Part shown: piece after piece, positions 26,418 to 32,000 of the stretch | Position numbering within the stretch: position 1 is the stretch's first letter | Layout of the letters: the number at the start of each line of letters is the position of its first letter | Source: Candidatus Iainarchaeum sp. | GTDB lineage: Archaea; Iainarchaeota; Iainarchaeia; Iainarchaeales; 0-14-0-20-30-16 | Direction: 5' to 3' | NCBI GenBank assembly: GCA_028710695.1 | Contig: JAQTTP010000004.1 | Location: forward strand, 30,001 to 62,000 | DNA: 32,000 nt | Translations under genes and position numbers: made by a program | The notes under the pieces: generated by a model | The model's input: only the letters and a program-made list of their open reading frames with translations | Told to the model about the DNA's origin: nothing | The model's database searches: none

Positions 26418-28613
26418 ATAAAGAAAGTAAAGAAGAGAGATGGCAGAATAGTTGACTTTGATAAAGAAAGAATTGAGGGTGCAGTAACTAAAGCCTTTGA
26501 ATCTGTTAATGTGCCTATAGTTTATGTTAAAGATATTGTTGACACTGTACTAGTTGATCTTGAGGATAAAGATCCAAAAGAAGTGCCATCTGTTGAAAAC
26601 ATTTCAGACCTTATAGAAAAAGCCTTGATGAATAAGGGCTATATGGAAGTAGCAAAGTCATTTATTCTTTATAGAGAATATAGGCGAAAAATAAGAGAAC
26701 TTAAGAAAGCAGTATTTGGAACTGAAACAAAAACTAAATTATCTTTAAATGCAATAAAAGTTCTGGAAGGAAGATGTTTGCTAAAAGACAATTCTGGAAA
26801 GATTATTGAAACTCCTGAAATGATGTTTAGAAGAGTAGCAAATAACATTGCTTCTGCAGAAGCAAATTATGCTGAAGATCGAAAAAAAGGAAAAGAGCTG
26901 ACTAAAGATTATGCGGATGAATATTTTGATTTAATGACGTCTTTAAAATTTTTACCTAATAGCCCAGCCCTTATGAATGCGGGTGCTGCACTACAACAAT
27001 TAACTGCTTGTTTTGTTTTGCCTATTGATGATTCAATGACCGGAATATTTGATTCTTTAAAGAATGCCGCTTTGATACATCAGTCTGGAGGGGGCACAGG
27101 TTTTTCATTTTCAAGACTTAGGCCAAAAGGAGATGCAGTAAAGAGCACTCAGGGTGTGGCTTCAGGTCCTGTGTCATTTATGAAAGTATTTGACGCCGCA
27201 ACAGAAGTTATAAAACAAGGTGGGAAAAGGCGTGGTGCAAATATGGGTGTACTAAGAGTAGATCACCCAGATATTATTGAGTTTATTACTTGTAAACAGC
27301 AAGAAGGAAATATTGCAAATTTCAATATTTCAGTAGCAATTACTGATGAGTTTATGGATGCGTTAGATACTAATAGTGAATATGATTTAGTTAACCCTAG
27401 AACCGGCGATGTAGTAAAGAAATCAAGTGCAAAGTCAGTATTTGATTTGATAGTAACTATGGCTTGGAACAATGGTGAGCCAGGAGTAATATTTATTGAT
27501 GAAGTTAATAGAGGCAATAAAGTACCTAATATGGGGACAATAGAATCAACTAACCCTTGTGGTGAACAGCCTCTGCTTCCATATGAGAGCTGTAATTTGG
27601 GATCTATAAATCTGGCTGCTTTTGTGGAAGATGGAAAAATCCAATGGGATGAACTTAAGAAAGTGGCTGAATTGGGAGTAAGATTTTTAGATGATCTTAT
27701 TGATATGAATAGGTTTCCAACTGAGACAATTGATCTGATGTCTAAGTCAAGCAGAAAGATTGGGTTGGGGGTAATGGGTTTAGCAGATGTATTTTATCTT
27801 TTGAAAATACCATATAATTCTGATGAGGCCTTGTATCTGGCGGATAAAATTATGAAATTCATTGAAGATGCTGCAATAGAATACTCTTCAAAATTGGGCC
27901 AAGAAAGAGGAAGCTTCCCTGCTTTTAAAGGAAGTTTATGGGAAAGACAAAGTTATCCTTGTATGAGAAATGCGGCAATAACAACTGTTGCTCCGACAGG
28001 AACTTTAAGTATGATTGCTGATGTATCTTCAGGAATTGAGCCTTTCTTTTCTTTAGTTTATACAAAAACAGTTTTAAGTGGACAAGACTTTGTTTATGTT
28101 AATAAGTACCTTGAAGAGGAACTGAGAAAAAAAGGATTGTATAATGATGCAATAATTTACAAAATAAAAGACGCAGGATCTTTGCAAGATATTGAAGAAA
28201 TTCCTGAAGACTTAAAAAGGGTTTTTGTTGTTTCAAGTGATATTGCTCCTGAATGGCATATTAGAATGCAGGCAGTATTCCAGAAAAGAGTTCATAGTGC
28301 AGTTTCAAAAACAATAAATATGCAAAATAATGCAACTATTGAAGATGTTTCTAAAGCATATAAGCTTGCTTATGATTTGAAATGTAAAGGTTTGACTATC
28401 TATAGAGACGGAAGTAGGCAGGTTCAAGTTCTCACAAAAGGGGATAAAAGCCAAAATCAAGAAAAAATTACTGCAAAAGATAACCCTGTTTCAAAGCAAA
28501 AAACAATGGTAGAGATTCCAAAAGATGAGTGCCCAGTTTGTAAAAAGAAAATGGTTGCAAAAGAGGGTTGTTATACCTGTGTTTCTTGCGGATATTCTAA
28601 ATGTAGTATGTAA
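26418..28613 (+). CDS. nrdJ: adenosylcobalamin-dependent (class II) ribonucleoside-diphosphate reductase with N-terminal ATP-cone and C-terminal Cys motif
   Basis: N-terminal KKRDGRIVDFDKERIEGAVTKAF; LPNSPALMNAG, NPCGEQPLLPYESCNLGSINLAAFV, APTGTLSMIADVSSGIEPFFSLVY; C-terminal CPVCKKKMVAKEGCYTCVSCGYSKC. Confidence 0.95.
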   Translation: MKKVKKRDGRIVDFDKERIEGAVTKAFESVNVPIVYVKDIVDTVLVDLEDKDPKEVPSVENISDLIEKALMNKGYMEVAKSFILYREYRRKIRELKKAVFGTETKTKLSLNAIKVLEGRCLLKDNSGKIIETPEMMFRRVANNIASAEANYAEDRKKGKELTKDYADEYFDLMTSLKFLPNSPALMNAGAALQQLTACFVLPIDDSMTGIFDSLKNAALIHQSGGGTGFSFSRLRPKGDAVKSTQGVASGPVSFMKVFDAATEVIKQGGKRRGANMGVLRVDHPDIIEFITCKQQEGNIANFNISVAITDEFMDALDTNSEYDLVNPRTGDVVKKSSAKSVFDLIVTMAWNNGEPGVIFIDEVNRGNKVPNMGTIESTNPCGEQPLLPYESCNLGSINLAAFVEDGKIQWDELKKVAELGVRFLDDLIDMNRFPTETIDLMSKSSRKIGLGVMGLADVFYLLKIPYNSDEALYLADKIMKFIEDAAIEYSSKLGQERGSFPAFKGSLWERQSYPCMRNAAITTVAPTGTLSMIADVSSGIEPFFSLVYTKTVLSGQDFVYVNKYLEEELRKKGLYNDAIIYKIKDAGSLQDIEEIPEDLKRVFVVSSDIAPEWHIRMQAVFQKRVHSAVSKTINMQNNATIEDVSKAYKLAYDLKCKGLTIYRDGSRQVQVLTKGDKSQNQEKITAKDNPVSKQKTMVEIPKDECPVCKKKMVAKEGCYTCVSCGYSKCSM

Positions 28614-28675
28614 CTGGGCTTGTAAGGAAATGGACTTGTTGTAGTCAGGTATTGCCTGCAGTTTAGTGGTGTAAA

Positions 28676-29158
28676 ATGATAATCTACTATTATGGCACAG
28701 GAAAGGGCAAGACTACTGCTGGGCTTGGTGCTCTTGTGAGGGCGAAAGCATATAACAAAAAGATCCTGTTGATCCAATCCCTAAAAAATAATCCTGTTGA
28801 AAGCAAATTGTTTAATGGGTTTTGCTTTGGTGATTCTTCTTTTATAAACAAAACTCCTGAGAAAAAACATTACTCTTTTGCACAAGATGCTTTTGATTTC
28901 TTTAAAGAGCAGAAGGGTAAGTATGATGTTATAATGTTTGATGAGCTTTCAATTCTTCTACACTATGGCTTGCTTGATGTTGAACAAGTTGTTGAGTCTT
29001 TATCTGAGTTTGTAGGGCCTGAATACCCTGTTCTGATTATTACTGGACGTTATAAGATAAAGGGTTTAGAAGAAGTTGCAGATATAGTTACTGAAATGAA
29101 AGAAAAGAAACATATTTACAAGAAAGGAATAAAAGCTTTGAAGGGGATTGATTACTAG
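28676..29158 (+). CDS. cobO: ATP:corrinoid adenosyltransferase, CobA/CobO/BtuR family
   Basis: MIIYYYGTGKGKTTAGLGALVRAKAYNKKILLIQSLKN...YDVIMFDELSILLHYGLLD...GPEYPVLIITGRYKIKGLEEVADIVTEMKEKKH. Confidence 0.88.
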   Translation: MIIYYYGTGKGKTTAGLGALVRAKAYNKKILLIQSLKNNPVESKLFNGFCFGDSSFINKTPEKKHYSFAQDAFDFFKEQKGKYDVIMFDELSILLHYGLLDVEQVVESLSEFVGPEYPVLIITGRYKIKGLEEVADIVTEMKEKKHIYKKGIKALKGIDY

Positions 29159-29166
29159 TGAGCAGA

Positions 29167-30417
29167 ATGCTGTCTGGAAAAATATTAATTTTTTTATTAT
29201 TGGTTGTGGGACTTTTTTTAAGTGGTTGTGTTACTGATTCAAAGACTTCAAAACCGTCTGATTTTAAATCCGCCATAGAACCACAAAAAATTGGGCCAGA
29301 GTGCGTAGAACTTTTTTTAGGTCATAATAAACAAGATGAAAATAGAATTAATTTTGTGATAGTTGGAATTGATTTTTTTGATCTCGAGGCCGTAAAAATG
29401 GCCGGAGAAAATATATTTGATTTAAATGAACAACACAACGGCCTTTTTTCTAAACAACCTTTTAAATCAAACAAAGAAAAATTTAATGTTTGGTACGTAA
29501 CCGAACTAGGAAATTCAACACAAAGCATTGTACCTGAAGAACATCCGGCTGTTTCGGAGTCGAAAAGGCTATTAAAACTTTGTGATGTAAAAAATAAGGT
29601 TACTCTTAGTATAATTTATGAAACTCAACCTTATGAACAGCAATTTAAATCTATACTTGAAAACCCAATAATTGCCCCAGTAAATATATTGCTGCCAAAA
29701 GACAAGGCGGAACTTAAAGAGGGATATATTGGAACGGGGATGCATGAAATTGGTCATGCGTTAAGCAAATTTTTAAAAGATCAATGGCTTGATAAAGACT
29801 GGGACACAACTGCAATAAATGATGAATATTATACTCCTGGTTCTATAAACAAAAAAACAATTTCTGAAGGGAAAACAATAAATTTTGGAAACTGTTATGG
29901 TCAATCTACTTATAATGACTGTTTAGAAAATTCTAAATGGGGTTTTTTGATAGGAAATGGGTGTGGCCAAGACGGAGTAATTGATTGTTTGGCAGGAATA
30001 GAACAAAAATGTGAATCTCTTGAAACAATGTGCAAAAGCAAAAATTGTGAGGATGCAGAAGAAGTAAAACAGATATGTGAGAAATATTTCCCTGAACAGA
30101 AAAATTGTACAATTCAAAATCTTAAAGAGTCTAAGACTTGTAAAGATTTAGTTACTTTCACAGAACCTGCTGGAGCGCAGGAAGTGAACTGCTGGGCGGG
30201 CTGTGGTTCCAGTGATATCTGGAGACCAACATATACCTCTATAATGAGTTATTATCAAGAAGTTGAGAATTTGTCATATGGGCCAGTAAATGAAAGGATT
30301 CTTTGTCTTGCAATAAGGCACGTAACTGGGTCAGTAAGTGATTACTGTAATCAATTATGCTTGGATGGCTGTGAAAAAGGAGAAAAATGTATAAAGGGTG
30401 GCTGTAAAAAAACATAG
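29167..30417 (+). CDS. secreted lipoprotein, putative zinc metallopeptidase (HExxH), possibly M64-like
   Basis: Lipobox-like LLLVVGLFLSGCVTD; GMHEIGHALSKFLKDQW...INDEYYTP; SIMSYY; Cys-rich C-terminus CNQLCLDGCEKGEKCIKGGCKK. Confidence 0.75.
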   Translation: MLSGKILIFLLLVVGLFLSGCVTDSKTSKPSDFKSAIEPQKIGPECVELFLGHNKQDENRINFVIVGIDFFDLEAVKMAGENIFDLNEQHNGLFSKQPFKSNKEKFNVWYVTELGNSTQSIVPEEHPAVSESKRLLKLCDVKNKVTLSIIYETQPYEQQFKSILENPIIAPVNILLPKDKAELKEGYIGTGMHEIGHALSKFLKDQWLDKDWDTTAINDEYYTPGSINKKTISEGKTINFGNCYGQSTYNDCLENSKWGFLIGNGCGQDGVIDCLAGIEQKCESLETMCKSKNCEDAEEVKQICEKYFPEQKNCTIQNLKESKTCKDLVTFTEPAGAQEVNCWAGCGSSDIWRPTYTSIMSYYQEVENLSYGPVNERILCLAIRHVTGSVSDYCNQLCLDGCEKGEKCIKGGCKKT

Positions 30418-30422
30418 CGCCC

Positions 30423-31427
30423 TTATTGTTTTTTTAGTAATTTTGTAATTGCTTCCGTTATTTCCTCTATATCTTTTTCAGATAAGTGATTTAAATCAAG
30501 AGTGAAGTCTTTTTGTGGTTTTATCTCTTTAAAGCTAGCTTTGAAGTCATCCACTTCTCTTGGGAGCATCATGTCTTTCTTTGTGTAGATTATTATGAAC
30601 TCTTTATTTACTTTTGCTAGAAGTTTTGAAATCAACTTCTTTTGTTTATCTGCATCTTCTGTTAAATCAATTAAGAATATTGCCGCTTTTGCAAGTTTTT
30701 CTAAAGCAATAATTGTTTGCTTTTCAATAATATTTAGTTTTGAGAAGTCTCTAACTAGAAGGCCAGGGGAGTCAATAACCTGGTATTTTTCATATCTTTG
30801 TTCATACAGCCCAACTTGGAGTCTTTTGGTTGTAAATGCATAATCTCTAATTTCTACCTTGCTTCCAGTAATCTTGTTTAAGAATGTGCTTTTTCCAGAA
30901 TTTGGTATTCCTACTAAAACTGCGGTAGGATAATCTTTGAAAGATGGTGCTTTCCTTATTGTCCTTGATGCAATCAGAATGTATGATAAAGATGGGTCAA
31001 GCTTTTTTACGATTGATTGAACTCTTCCGTAAAATTCAGTTCTTAGTTTTGGTGCTGCTTTTAGATTTGTTCTTATCTTTTGGATGTAATTATTTTTCAA
31101 ACTATTAATTAAAAATTTTGTTTTTGCAACATGGCTTAAACTCTTTTTTAAAGTTTCTAAATCGATTTCGTTTAGTAAAAGTTCTTTGTAAACATCCTTT
31201 AGCTTATCAATGTTTGGGAATGGTTTTACAACCCCCTCAAGAGTTGTTTTTACTTCATCTGCAAAATGGTAAATCCTCTTTTTTTCTTTATCAGCAATAA
31301 AAAAGTGCTTTGCAACCCTGTTGTCGTTTTCTATTTTGTCAACTTCGTCTTTTACTTTCTTGATTGCATTGTCTATAATCTCTTTTGCTTTTGGGATATA
31401 AATAGAATCGTTGTTAGTTTTAGTCAT
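30423..31427 (-). CDS. NOG1/Obg-superfamily GTPase
   Basis: Helical N-terminus, then AVLVGIPNSGKSTFLNKITGSKVEIRDYAFTTKRLQVG, VIDSPGLL, IIYTKKDM. Confidence 0.88.
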   Translation of the reverse strand: MTKTNNDSIYIPKAKEIIDNAIKKVKDEVDKIENDNRVAKHFFIADKEKKRIYHFADEVKTTLEGVVKPFPNIDKLKDVYKELLLNEIDLETLKKSLSHVAKTKFLINSLKNNYIQKIRTNLKAAPKLRTEFYGRVQSIVKKLDPSLSYILIASRTIRKAPSFKDYPTAVLVGIPNSGKSTFLNKITGSKVEIRDYAFTTKRLQVGLYEQRYEKYQVIDSPGLLVRDFSKLNIIEKQTIIALEKLAKAAIFLIDLTEDADKQKKLISKLLAKVNKEFIIIYTKKDMMLPREVDDFKASFKEIKPQKDFTLDLNHLSEKDIEEITEAITKLLKKQ

Positions 31428-31545
31428 ACTATAATTAGAACGATAAGGTTTATATAGTTCGTTATATTATATAAATAGTGAACTTTCTGCTCTTTTAGCG
31501 GAGCATAAATAGATATATTAATCAGTCTTGTTGGAGGGGAATATT

Positions 31546-32000
31546 GTGAAAGCATATTTTATTGGACTTTTAGGAATCTTTTTTGTTTTATCTGCATCTT
31601 GCCTTTTTTCTGCAAGCATGTGGTATAAATTTGATGATGGCTGGGCAACAGATGGTAACGCCATTCTTAAGGTTTTTGTTGATACTGGTACTGATGGTGT
31701 GGCAAATACAGGTGTAAGTGTTGCTACTACACTAACTCTTGATAGCAATGACTGTGCTTATGCGGCAACAACTGCTGCTTATGCAGATGGTAATTATGCT
31801 AATTTTAATTTAGACTTAAATTGTGACGGCGTTTTAGATGCAAATGGTGCAGATTTAAATATAGTAATTTCAACTACTACTCCTGCTTTGTCTAAAGACT
31901 TTGAATTCTACCTTCCTGGATTCAAAGATATGGATATTAACTTTGATGTTGGTAGTTTAGATTCAGTGGTAGATATACAAACAGATTATAATCTAGTTTT
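31546..32000 (+). CDS. secreted/surface protein, 5' part (runs off window)
   Basis: SD ggagggga; GTG start; signal MKAYFIGLLGIFFVLSASCLFSASMWY followed by Asp/Thr-rich extracellular-type sequence; open to window end. Confidence 0.65.
   Translation, partial: MKAYFIGLLGIFFVLSASCLFSASMWYKFDDGWATDGNAILKVFVDTGTDGVANTGVSVATTLTLDSNDCAYAATTAAYADGNYANFNLDLNCDGVLDANGADLNIVISTTTPALSKDFEFYLPGFKDMDINFDVGSLDSVVDIQTDYNLV

Overview
AT-rich archaeal chromosome segment whose gene content and order (archaeal ribosomal proteins, aIF5B, aIF2-gamma, Rpo7, Spt4/Spt5, Kae1, FtsZ, S-layer-like proteins) fit a small-genome or DPANN-like archaeon; the lineage assignment is inference. Left part: the end of an S-layer-like gene, then a giant 1810-aa secreted repeat protein with a three-copy higher-order repeat, then a second secreted protein with a C-terminal TM helix, a TrmB-type regulator and a RelE/RHH-type toxin-antitoxin pair. 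Middle: a translation/transcription cluster (L7Ae, S28e, L24e, aIF5B, S6e, aIF2-gamma, PIN protein, Rpo7, Spt4, S24e, S27ae), then a CPBP protease, Kae1 and a methyltransferase. Next comes a minus-strand block of uncharacterised proteins plus Pth2, then FtsZ-SecE-Spt5-L1-L10-L12 without L11 at the usual place. Right part: a class II (B12-dependent) ribonucleotide reductase next to a corrinoid adenosyltransferase, a lipoprotein zinc protease, a NOG1-like GTPase and the start of another secreted protein. I found no CRISPR array, tRNA, rRNA, transposon or clear multi-gene defence system. The best leads are the 1062-bp higher-order repeat with a 747-bp perfect duplication, a terminator-like hairpin abutting the next surface-protein gene, the NrdJ-adenosyltransferase pair, the palindrome at the TA operon, the L1 leader hairpins with missing L11, and the hypothetical membrane-protein block. 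Two small conserved genes (L24e, SecE) are absent from the ORF track.
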